From: Spizellomyces punctatus DAOM BR117
Taxonomy: Eukaryota
Length of the DNA stretch: 64,000 nucleotides
Assembly: GCA_000182565.2 (NCBI GenBank)
Contig: KQ257462.1
Reading direction: 5' to 3' (one strand)
The notes beneath the pieces were generated by a model. That model saw only the letters and a list, made by a program, of their open reading frames with translations. It was not told the origin of the DNA and made no database searches. Shown here piece after piece: positions 11,721 to 22,902 of this stretch (positions are counted from its first letter, which is position 1; every line of letters begins with the position of its first letter). Both the position numbers and the translations under genes were made by a program.

Positions 11721-12145
11721 TGGTGTTTTCGATAAACGCTCGTATGAGCATGATTTGGCAAGGACCAAAAAAACATGATCTGAACAAAGATGGGGCATGC
11801 ATTATCCATCTTTTACCTACGCATTCATGCCCGTCGTGCCAATTGTGACCTGGTAGTGATGCAGCATGCATAGCATACACGCGTGCGGAACCAGAAGGAT
11901 AGCTGCCGCATGTCGGCCGACAAAATAAAGACAATGCAAGCAGCCTTCCTTTTCGCCTACAGCACCGCCAATGCCTCCAGCCCTCCAGCGACAATCGCCC
12001 TTCGCCTTGAAGAAGCCGCAAGTCCTCAGATATGCTTATGTAATACATCGCTTAGTTTGATGGCGCAGCAACTCTGCTCCCGAAATTCAAAATCCTCCAA
12101 GTCAAAGCTGCGTCCTTGGCCAACACTGACCGATCCCATTTCACC

Positions 12146-13956
12146 ATGACGGCCATGACACCAGAAGAAAAGTAAATATGAGCTCTTTCCTCCGTTCATG
12201 AGGAGACAGACAACTCACATTTTTTATACAATGTAGATTTGAGCTCATTAACCGCAACCTCCAAGAGGTGCTTGGAGCGGACCAGATCAAACAGATCCTC
12301 GCACAGCGGGATTTGAATTTGTACTGGGGTACAGCGCCTACGGGGAAGCCTCACATTGGCTACTTTGTGCCTATGACCAAGATTGCGGATTTCTTAAAGG
12401 CGGGATGTCATGTACGTCTTTTTGAAACCAAGTTTCTGTTGAATGGGAAGAATTGGCAATAGTCTAGTGACTGATATGTTCCCATACCGCATTTAAAAGG
12501 TTACGATTCTCTTTGCCAACCTCCACGCGTACCTCGACAATATGAAGGCTCCTTGGGATCAACTAGAGCTCCGCACAAAGTACTATGAAGCGACCATCAA
12601 GGCAATGCTCACTTCCATCGGTGTCCCATTGGATAAACTCAAATTCGTCGTGGGAACATCGTACCAATTGAGCCAGGAATACTCACTGGATGTGTACAAA
12701 ATGCTCGCAATCACGACCGAGCACGATGCCAAGAAGGCTGGCGCCGAGGTCGTCAAACAGGCTGCGTCACCGCTCATGTCCGCGCTTGTCTACCCTCTTC
12801 TCCAGGCTTTGGATGAGGAGTATTTAAAAGTAGATGCCCAGTTTGGTGGAGTAGACCAGCGAAAGATTTTCACGTTTGCGGAAAAGTACATGCCAAATCT
12901 TGGATACAAGAAGCGGGCACACCTTATGAATCCCATGGTGGCCGGTTTGCGAGGATCCAAAATGAGTGCGTCAGACCCAGATTCCAAAGTGGATTTACTA
13001 GATGATGCCAAAACTGTAGCCCGCAAGATCAAAAAGGCGTTCTGCGAGGAAGGGAACGTGGATGATAACCCCCTTTTGGAGTTCCTCAAAGTCGTCGTCT
13101 TCCCTGCCCGATCTTTGACTGACCCAACCTACAAATTTGTCGTCAAACGACCGGAAAAATTCGGTGGAGACATTGTATTTGACTCTTACCAACAAATCGA
13201 AGATGCCTTCCGCGAAAAGAAATTGCATCCGGTGGATTTGAAGACTGGGACGGCGGACGCCATCAACGCACTCCTGGAGCCCATTCGAACTACATTCAAG
13301 GACGAAGCATTGATTCAATTGTCCAAAGATGCGTACGGAGACGCTCAAGCAGCGGCCAAGCAGATCAAGAAACCCGTGCAAAACTCTGCAGAACCTGATG
13401 TGGAAAACATTTCCAAATTGGATATTCGTGTCGGGAGAATCGTTGACATTAAACTCCACCCGGACGCTGAGGTTGGTGCCACTCCAACCCTAATTCTGTT
13501 GCACAAAGATTAATCAAATGGCTTTAGTCCCTCTACGTAGAACAAATTGACCTGGGCGAACCTACTGGCCCACGGACGATTGTTAGTGGTCTAGCTAAGC
13601 ATATTCCCCTCTCAGAACTCCAGAACCGTACCGTTCTCGTCCTTACCAACCTCAAACCCAGCAAACTCCGCGGCATTGAATCCAACGGCATGGTCTTGGC
13701 AGCTTCCACCTCAGACAACACAACTGTCGAGCTCCTCGATCCTCCGTCGGAAGCCTCTGTAGGCGATCACGTATCGTTTGAAGGGTTCGACTACGCTCCT
13801 GTACCCATCTTGAATCCCAAGAAGGATGTGTGGAAAAAGTGCGCGGGCGAAATGAAGGTGGACGGCTCGGGGGTTGCGGTTTTCAGGAACGTGCCTTTCG
13901 TGGTGGGTGGGGGTGCCGTCAAGGCACGCAGTTTGAAAGATGCCTTGATTGGATAA
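12146..13956 (+). CDS. TYS1: Cytosolic tyrosyl-tRNA synthetase with C-terminal EMAP-II/Trbp111-like tRNA-binding domain
   Basis: [14 protein letters not shown] (HIGH-like), [16 protein letters not shown] (KMSKS-like); C-domain [55 protein letters not shown]. Confidence 0.95.
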
Positions 13957-14304
13957 ATGTTTTGGGTTGCGGTTATAGATGTGGAACTCGTTGGTTATAT
14001 GTACTAGAAATCCAATTTATATACATGTATTTCAGGATTGTTGGGCGGACCTGACAACGCCATGACTTTAGAAGGTTGGCCAACAATATGAATGAGGAGG
14101 GGAGATGCACCTAGTATACATTAACCTTTGACTCAAACACACACATATACATACACACAACAACCACAATTGACAAAGTATGACCCAAAAGAAAAAAAAA
14201 ATAAAAGAAAACCAAGGACATGTTCACGCCCAAAACCAACTCAACTCAACCTATCTACATGTATATAAAAAAAATCACAATATTCCAACGGTTACAGGCC
14301 AAGG

Positions 14305-15436
14305 TTACCGGGGTGACGAAGAGGAAGAGGAAGGTAGGACTGGGGTGATTGAAGAGACTGATGCAGTAGAATACGTTGTCGGAGATGCCGCCAACGGCGA
14401 ATGCGATGGCGGAGATAGCTCCTCAATACATGCACAAGGCAAAAGGCCGGTTTGACCTGTTGCTTCATTAACCCCCTTTGGAGCGGAAACAGAAAAAAGT
14501 CAAAATAATGCCAAATGCTTTTTAGCGACGGTTTGAAACACAAACCTTTGCCCAGCCGTCATCAAACAGTAGGAAGAGCCTCACGACATCCCCGGTACTC
14601 AATGCAATCTCGTCATTCACTGCCGGTACATACGGATGTACGACTACATAGCGTTTCTCGAGGACAGAAGCCAGTGTCGGTGTAAAGGGGGGCTTTATTT
14701 GCGTTTCTGGATCTGGGAATCTGGCTCTTCGACGGCGGTAAACGACGACGAGAAGTGTGCCTACGGCGAGGGTAACAAAAAGCGCGGGACCTAAGATCCA
14801 TATGGGGGCTTTGGTGCTGCTGGATGCTGGAGATGCAGAAGAGGCAGGTGGAAGTGGATTTGGAGTGTTGGCAGGAGTTGGGACGATGCCCACAACTGGT
14901 GTGACATTGGGGGAAACGGAAACGGAAACAGGAACAGTTGACACAGGTATGGAGGGCACTATACTTGCGGGACGGGTAGATGGTCTCGTGGTGGTGGTTG
15001 TCGGTGTTGGTGTGGGTGTCGTTGTGGTCGGGGAGGGATTGGGATTGGTGCCGGGTTCCTCGATGCCATGGCTATTCCTTCCACAATTTTGGGCAAAGGA
15101 GGGAATACCCAAACAATCCGTTGGACAGAGATTCTGTAGAATCCAACGCTCTGTTTTGAAAGATGTAGTGAGTTTTGCGTGTACATGTGTGAAGAAGGAT
15201 AGTATGTAAGCGTACTTGACGTTGGATCACCTGGTAAACAGGAATCCCATTCAATAACACGGCGTACTCTCAAAGAGGAGGTTGCAGCAAAACTTACAAG
15301 CCATGTAATTCTTCCCCTGACATCCAAACACATCCTGCGCGGGATCACACGCACCACCCAACACAACCGATTGTGCACCAACTCTTGATATTGAAGCGAA
15401 GAAGGCGACTCCAATGGTCCATGTCGTTGTTTTCAT
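14305..15436 (-). CDS. Type I membrane protein: signal peptide, small Cys-rich ectodomain, Pro/Ser/Thr stalk, TM helix, cytoplasmic SH3 domain
   Basis: MKTTTWTIGVAFFASISRVGAQ; TM IWILGPALFVTLAVGTLLVVVY followed by RRRR; SH3 YVVVHPYVPAVNDEIALSTGDVVRLFLLFDDGWAKGVNEATGQTGLLP. Confidence 0.8.
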
Positions 15437-15939
15437 TGTAGTCAGACGGCCTTTTTTTCGTTTTTGGAATTGAACGTTGTCGGAAAGATCAGGATAAACG
15501 TCAAGATATGGATACTTTGCTAAAGGAAACCGCACCTGTAGGTACTCAACACACGAACGGACACACGAAAATGCAGGCAGGCACGCGCACACCAGCACAC
15601 ACGGACGATTATCAGATATAGGCGACAATCGACAACACACCCAAAGGACTTGACCGCAAAAAGAAGAATAAGAAAAACCGGCACTCCCCCCCAAAAAACC
15701 GTCGTCGCTCCCTTTTTGGGCGGGTCTGAAAAACGCGCGCAAGAAAAACGTTGGGCTCAACTAGTTCAAATGGGCTGTGCATTCTCCCCTCCAAAATCTG
15801 ATTACGATTCGACATGACGCGTTCGCGTCTTTTTGGGATTTCCTGCTGCGGAAGGTTTTTGGAAAGTTGGCAAGAGACAAGTGACATCTTACACGTGGAA
15901 TCAAAAGATGACGATGAAAAAGAGTCTTGATTCGCAATA

Positions 15940-15966
15940 TGTGTGTGTGTGTGTGTGGGTGTGTGT
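15940..15966. repeat. (TG)n microsatellite
   Basis: tgtgtgtgtgtgtgtgtgggtgtgtgt. Confidence 0.8.
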
Positions 15967-16776
15967 GGATACGTGGAGGGGGAATGGGGCAAGGAGAAAA
16001 ACCAAGAAGAAAGCCTCAGTCACCAATGGATGAGTAGGGGAGTTGAAGCTTCAACTGATTTCATGGAACTGCATTTGGCCAAAAAGTTCAAGTTAAAGGA
16101 AAAGGGAGGGAAAAGCCATGATGGAATTTGCTCTGGTCGATCGCGACCGACTTTATCCATCGCCCTTCCAACAGCGCAAAAACACACTCGAGACACGCAC
16201 ACGAGTGCAGAGCAAACAATGCATGAGGGGTTAGAAAGGAGTGACGCTGCTCCCAACTTATACTCTTCCTTTACCCAAGCGTGGTGGAATGACCTGTATC
16301 TCAACCAATCTGTATCGTTGATAGCCAATTGGGCAACCCGTTGGCCATGGTCGTTGGAATGAGTACATTGGTAGCAGTCATGAAACCTTCTGATGAGGTG
16401 TGCTGATGACAAAACGACTGAGTATGATGACGTAAGGATTTTTTAGTGTCACGTGGAAAAATTCCATTATACCTTATTTGGACAAGTGTGAATTGTGTCA
16501 AAGGCGAAGGAACACTTTCCTCGCGAGTAGCGCGCGCTCTTGGGTTCGTGTGTGTTTGGAGGGTTGGACATTTTGTTGTGCCATTTGATTGACATTTGGC
16601 AGTGATTTACTCGACACCTTTTTCGACCAAGTGGACACTGAGTATATTACAATCCTGTTGACAGCATCGGTGGTGTTAAGGTTGCTGCACATTACTCCAT
16701 TTCACCAGAGGCACGCAGTTAGCAAGGGGCCTGCACTTTTTGCCAACCACACCTTTTGCGTTCGCTTTCCACAACA

Positions 16777-19097
16777 ATGTTTTATACCGAAACATTACTC
16801 TCGAAAAAGGGTAAGCTGGCCAAAGTTTGGCTGGCTGCCAACTGGGAGCGCAAGTTGAGCAAATCCCAGTTTTTGCAGACGAATATCGAGGCCGCTGTTC
16901 GTACGTATCTTTTTTATTTTCGGTGCTACTAACTCCACAGTCTATTCAGATGGTCTGCTAATAATTGAGCTATAATTCCTGGTCACAGACTCAATTATCG
17001 AAACCGGCCAGCAGCCCTTGGCATTGCGTTTGTCTGGACAATTGCTTCTGGGAGTTGTTCGAATTTACTCGAGAAAGGCACGATATTTGCTCGAGGATTG
17101 CACAGAAGCACTGGTCAAGATCAAAATGGTGCGTTCTGCTGTAGAATCTATCTCCCCCAACCATTTTAATCCTGATAACATGTCCACGGCTGGTTGTAGG
17201 CCTTTCGTCCTGGGGTTGTGGATATGCCTGGCGATCACGCTGTGGCCAACGTTAATGCCATTACCCTAGGAGATGCATTGACAGAGTTTGATATTTTGAT
17301 TCCTGAACCTTCCCTTGATTTAAGGTAAGCCTTCATGTTGTATTGGAGGATGTTCATCCCATTTCTGAGCCATTTTTGCTCGTGTAGAATGTTTGCCCAA
17401 CCTCTCCCCGAAACCCGACCGAGTCAAACCGTATCTAGAACCCAAGACATTACACTGGCGGAGCCCTCTCAAAAACTCTTCCTAGCGGCGCACGAAGAAT
17501 TGCAGGAATTGTTTGGAATAGAGCTACCTTCTCACGCTCCAGAAATGGAAGGCTGGCAGCTCGATTTAGGCTTGGGCGAAGAAGAAATGGCTGCCCCAGC
17601 AGCTGGTCCACTCCTGGCAGAGGAGTCTATTGAAATTGAGCGTGCTCGTGAAGCAGCAGCCGAATTGCCGTTCTCACCGCGACGCGAGAGTATTTCAATA
17701 TCAATTGAAGAGGCAATCAGCGGGGAGAAGGAGGCTCCTACTCCTACAGCGCCTGAAATCTCCTTTGATTTGGGGGGTGCCGAACCCATGGAACTGGTCA
17801 TGGCCGGACCCGAAGTGCCATTCCCAGAGGTTGAACTTCCCCAACTACCCGAAATTGGAGAAGAAGAGTTTCACGTACCAGAAACTGTGACAGCAAAAGT
17901 GCCTACAGCAGAGGCTGAAGAGGAGGTCGCCGCTGCACAGGCTGCCAGAAAGGAAAAGCGCCATCCAAGCCGAAAGCGTAAATTGGTGGTGGATGCTGAA
18001 ACGGAGCTGTCCTCGCACCGTATTCAGCGTCAGTTACGTGATACATCGGATATCACTCAATCGGTATGTGACAATCTCTTGTTGTCTTTACAGCGGTGCG
18101 ACTGCTCTCTAACCGTTGCTTTTCGCTCCAAGGAACGCTACGTACCCGCATCCCGTAGAATGCAAAGATTAATGGACATTCGGCGCCAAGGAGCGTCATA
18201 TTATCTGGAGATGTCGGCCTTTGATGGCGTATCCCCCGAATTGCATATTCTCTTTCAGAACAGGTGGCGGGGCTTTAGAATGCGTCCTATTACGGAAGTC
18301 ACGTCCCCCGCGCGCAAAAGGAAGGGGATATCGGTGGAGCCTGAGGTGGAAGAGCAAGTGCGTCCTGAAGAGGCCGAAGGTATATATATATATATATATG
18401 CAAATGTGTCGTTTAGCGCTATGCGCATACTGGTCGGTGGTGCTGACCGTTCCTTTACAGAGTCATTCATCGTCCCACCTGCCGAGGAACTCCCCATAGT
18501 CCCCGAAGAAGAATATCAATACCAAGAAATCAGCCTGCCTCACATTGAAGAATATTTGACAACTGCTGAACCTATGCCCGAATCCCTTGAGCTCCGCGAA
18601 GAAGAAGAGATTTCAGTGGAGCCACCAGAAAAGCGGCGACGAACGGGAGCGTTGGCAGAACTTCCAGAAGAGCTTTCACCGCCAATTGAAGAAGCGGAGG
18701 AAGAGACTCAATTTGGGTTCAGCAAGAGCACTATTTCGACCATTCGGAGTTTGCAGACAGCATTTGATGAGGAAGGGGTGGATTTGTCATTTAACGCATT
18801 GACTGCCTCGGTATGGTTTCTTTGGTATTGCGTCACCTGCCATTCTATTTTTGATGCGGAATTGCCTTTAGGCGAGACGCACAGAAGCTGCCCGATTGTT
18901 TTTTGAGCTCTTGGTGCTGAAGACTAAGGATATTGTGGACGTGGAACAGCAGGAACCGTACGGTGATATTGTAATACATTCAACGGTAGCGTCCTGTATT
19001 TTTCGATACGGTCTATCGTGGTACTCTGTTCATACTTTTTCAATGACTACAGGAGGCACTTTGGCAGCAGAACATCACCCCCATTCCAACCATGTAA
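16777..19097 (+). CDS. RAD21: Cohesin kleisin subunit Rad21/Scc1 (Rad21/Rec8 family)
   Basis: [66 protein letters not shown]-terminal [24 protein letters not shown]. Confidence 0.92.
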
Positions 19098-19496
19098 ACA
19101 TAATTGTTATGTGAATTATTCACAGATGGGAATTGTTGAGAAATGGGGCTAGTTAGACGGGAAGCGTGTTCTGCTTTGCTTTATCTTTTGTATCTTTTTT
19201 TGTTTATAGCGACTTCTAAAAAACGAAGCTTGATTGCGTAAGCGCCTGCGCCTCCTCTGACGGATGTGGCTTGGGGGAGCGAAGGCAAGCAAATGGAAGG
19301 GTGACATCAACGTCGGGGATTTTCTGGACTGGTCGTTGAGGGACATGCCCGTCGGGGATTTTTACCATTGACGTTTCTTTGTTTACATTTGTTCACGAAG
19401 GGCAGTGATAACATTGAGAAGAGTTGAAGGCATTGCCTTGCAGCGCTGTATACCCGTATCTCGATTTATTCCGCCCTGACCCCGGGACGCCCTACA

Positions 19497-21981
19497 ATGA
19501 CACTGATAGGATTCACACCGCTTCGCGCCCGCCGACCACCGATATCGCTTCGCTCGTCTGGTTTCTGCGGTCCGGGCTCAACACGCATCCTCCACTCCAA
19601 AGTCCCGCATCCTCCTCCATCCTTTCAGTCTCTCTGGACGCGCCTCCGCTTCCTAGCTCAAAGCTATACCCGCCGACCGCGCAAAGCCTTCACGTGGGGG
19701 AGTTCGCGGCCATATGCGGGACTAGCACCTGGATTTTTTGCATACAACCAGTGTGCTCATGCTGCTGTCGAAGGGTCAACGTCTTTCGCGGGGGGTGTAG
19801 GAGGCGGTCCTACCACACCGGATCGAACAACTGGGAGATTAGTCCGATTTTTCTTGGAGAATTGTCGAATGGACTTTACAAAACTCGCACAGAAAAGAGG
19901 TGACAGCGTCGATCGCATTAGCTTTCATTTATTTGGAAACGGGATGAGGAATGATGTGAGATTGGTCCCTCTCCGACGATGGACAAAGCACAATAAGCGA
20001 TTCTATTCTTCTTCCTCCAATTCAGAGTCTAATTCTGCTACACAATCATGGCGAGTCGCCCGAGCGGAATTGTTGGACAATGTGGGAGGGTTTTGGCCTC
20101 GACTGCGGTTACGGGTTCGACTCTTTCTCATGGGTTCCATGCGCCCGTGGAGGGCTGATGATGTATTTGCTATGTTTTCATGGATATTTATGGGACATAC
20201 GCTGTTTCTGCTGGTGGGCACAACTACGTTTCTGTCGATGCTGATTGGGGTCGCGAATAGTCTTCAATTTCAAGGTCTGTCTCTGACCCCAGTATAACGA
20301 CTTTTTGCACCTGCTGATACTTGCATTATCGAAATAGCCTACCTGGCAAAAGCCATAAGTGACTATATCACCCAGGAAACTGGGATGAAAGTTTCTTTTG
20401 AATCGGCCATCGTCCCACGATGGAAGGAAGGCGTCATCCGCCTCGAAAATGTTTCAGTGGTGTGCGACGACAAAACTTGGATGGAACTTAAAAATGCAGA
20501 GCGGGCAAAACAGGGACTTGCCCCGTACGCTCCTGATGAGCTGGATACCAATTGGACGTATTGGGATTTGACTTTGAGGCATATAGATGTTACATTGTCG
20601 CTTTGGAGGTGGTTGGATGGGAAGGGCTTGATCAAGGAGTGTACGCTCAAGGGCGTCAGAGGTGTAGTAGGTACGTTCATACACTAGTGCTATTCTCCCC
20701 AAATGTAAGGTGTTCCTCATGAATGATCTGTACCTGATTTCCAGATCGTCGGCATATCACCTGGTCAGACGACTGGGTCCCAAAGCGCCGGGATCCGCAA
20801 CCAGGAGATTTCGAAATTACCAAGTTCGTCGTGGAAGACTTACTCATCACCATACGCAACCCAAACTTCCGACCCTACAGCGTCTCAATTTTTAATGCCG
20901 AACTTCCCCAACTCCGGAAACACTGGCTACTTTACGATATTATGCGTGCCGACATTATGAATGGCATGTTTGACAATTGTCTCTTTTCAGTGCACAAGCC
21001 TCAGGGCCCGAATCTGGTATTGGACGATACTGGCAAAATCAAGGGCGGAAAATGGGCCAAAATGAGTCATTTGAAACTTAACGGCTTACCCATCGATCAC
21101 CTCAACGCAGGCATCGAAGGCCCGTTTGGATGGATTACCAAAGGATTTTTGGACATTGATCTCCAGCTCCTTTTCCCCCAAACTGACACCGACAACCTAC
21201 TCGACATTCTCCGAGACGAATTAGAGGAAATCACTGACACGGCACTAGACAAACTCGAAGCCGTCATATCCACCCATCCCGAAACGAAAAACAGGCACGC
21301 ATCCAGTATTGTAAGACATTATCGTGCAAAACATGCCGCAGCAGCCATCCCACCACCCGACCACAAGGAAGTCGAACTAAGTGAACCAAGATTGGAGCCA
21401 GATTTCTCGTCAGCCCCCTTTTCAGCTCCTTCTCCTTCTTCTTCTTCTTCATCATCTTCTTCATCTTTTCGACATGTTTCTCATGCTAAACCACCTGCCA
21501 TGGTCATGCGCTGGAACGTGCGTTTAAACGACATTAAAGCCTCTGTCCCGCTCGTTTCTCCGCATATATCGTATTTGAACAGTGCGCTTATCCGGCCGAT
21601 TGTAGCGTACCTTAATGCAGTCAAGACTAGCATTTCGATTTCGTTTAATGCAAAGATGGATGTGGTATGTTTTCTTTTTAATGTTTTCGTTTTACTCGAC
21701 TCGTATTCTAAAACAATGACCGCTCTTTTTTTTTTTTTTTTTTTTAGAGTAATTTCGAAGGTGCTTGGACAATTTACCAATCCTCCCTCGTCACTATCCT
21801 CGATGAAGAAGTCGGACGGGCGTTAACGACCATGGTATCAGCCCAACGAGCCAGACATATTAAACGGATCGGTATGTGGAGTTTGGCGAGTGTTACCAAA
21901 CATTTGGCGGTGTTGATGGAGTATGCTAGAGGGGCTAGAGGGTATTATGGTGTTCCGGGACAGGTTTGGGGTGTTGGGTAG
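19497..21981 (+). CDS. MDM31: Mitochondrial distribution and morphology protein Mdm31/Mdm32
   Basis: RPWRADDVFAMFSWIFMGHTLFLLVGTTTF, FESAIVPRWK, DVTLSLWRWLDGKGLI, LRKHWLLYDIMRAD, GPFGWITKG. Confidence 0.9.
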
Positions 21982-22527
21982 ATGGGGGCTGAATTCTTTT
22001 TTTTTTTCTGTTGGAGTCTTTTTCTTTTTTTGTTCTTGGTTTTGTAGATATCTCTTTTTGCTTTGCTTTTTGTTTGCTTTTTTCTAGGGTTTGTTTTTCT
22101 TTTGGATACCAGAGGGTGGATAGTTTCAAACGCGGATGTCCCTCACACACTGTCGTGTTCTTTGCTTTTAGATTTAAGATAGTTGGCCACCAGTTGGATA
22201 AAACGCTGGTGATTATGGAACGAGTAGTAAGAGACTTGATGTGTAGCAGTAGCGTATATCATCTCTTTTTTTCGTGAACATTGCCTTTACACTTTTTCTT
22301 CAACCAACTGGTTTTTGGTCAGTCAGTCTTTCCGAGTGGTACTAAAGGGCTCAACAAGTTTTTGACTTGAAGTACATTATCAGAATGTCAGAACTCGGTA
22401 AAGTGAACACCAAAGACAGAAAGTTTCTGCAAAAGTTCAGCGGTTCTGCCACAGTGAGCCATGGATAAAGTTGGGGAATAGTCGCAATTATGAAAATAAA
22501 AAAAAACGGACGAGACCAATATGGGAG

Positions 22528-22611
22528 TCCGGCTTCCCAGAGTCGAACTGGGGACCCTTAGATTCCTGAGCAATTACAGTCTAATGCTACTACCAACTGA
22601 GCTAAAGCCGG
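22528..22611 (-). tRNA. tRNA-Tyr(GUA) with ~10-nt intron
   Basis: CCGGCTT/AAGCCGG acceptor stem (C1:G72, A73), TAGCTCAGTTGG A-box, TTAGA-CT-GTA-A-[intron]-ATCTAA anticodon arm, GTTCGACTC T-loop, downstream T-run terminator at 22506-22498. Confidence 0.93.
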
Positions 22612-22902
22612 GTTAGATTCAACATAATCGTTTTTCTTGATGAGTGATACCTCCACTTTCCATAAACCACTTGAAAAAGCCAATTGAAATAAACTTCAAT
22701 CCTTTACGACAACTTCACCACACAAGCAATACAAACCAAACAAGACTCATCTTTATACGAAAAGTAGTACTATTTATCGACATGCTCCAAAAGCGCACAC
22801 CTCAAAAAAACCCAACACCAGAAAAACAAAAGCAAAAACCCACAAAAAAAATGGTGAGGGTCCCCCTACGAATCCCCAACACACAACATACAACCAATTT
22901 TT

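Noticed and set aside
16380-16435. CTGATGA repeats suggesting a hammerhead ribozyme or C/D snoRNA
   Set aside because: No GAAA core with matching stems and no convincing box C/D arrangement.
22528-22611. tRNA-Tyr within 9 kb of the TyrRS gene
   Set aside because: Separated by three unrelated genes; most likely coincidence.
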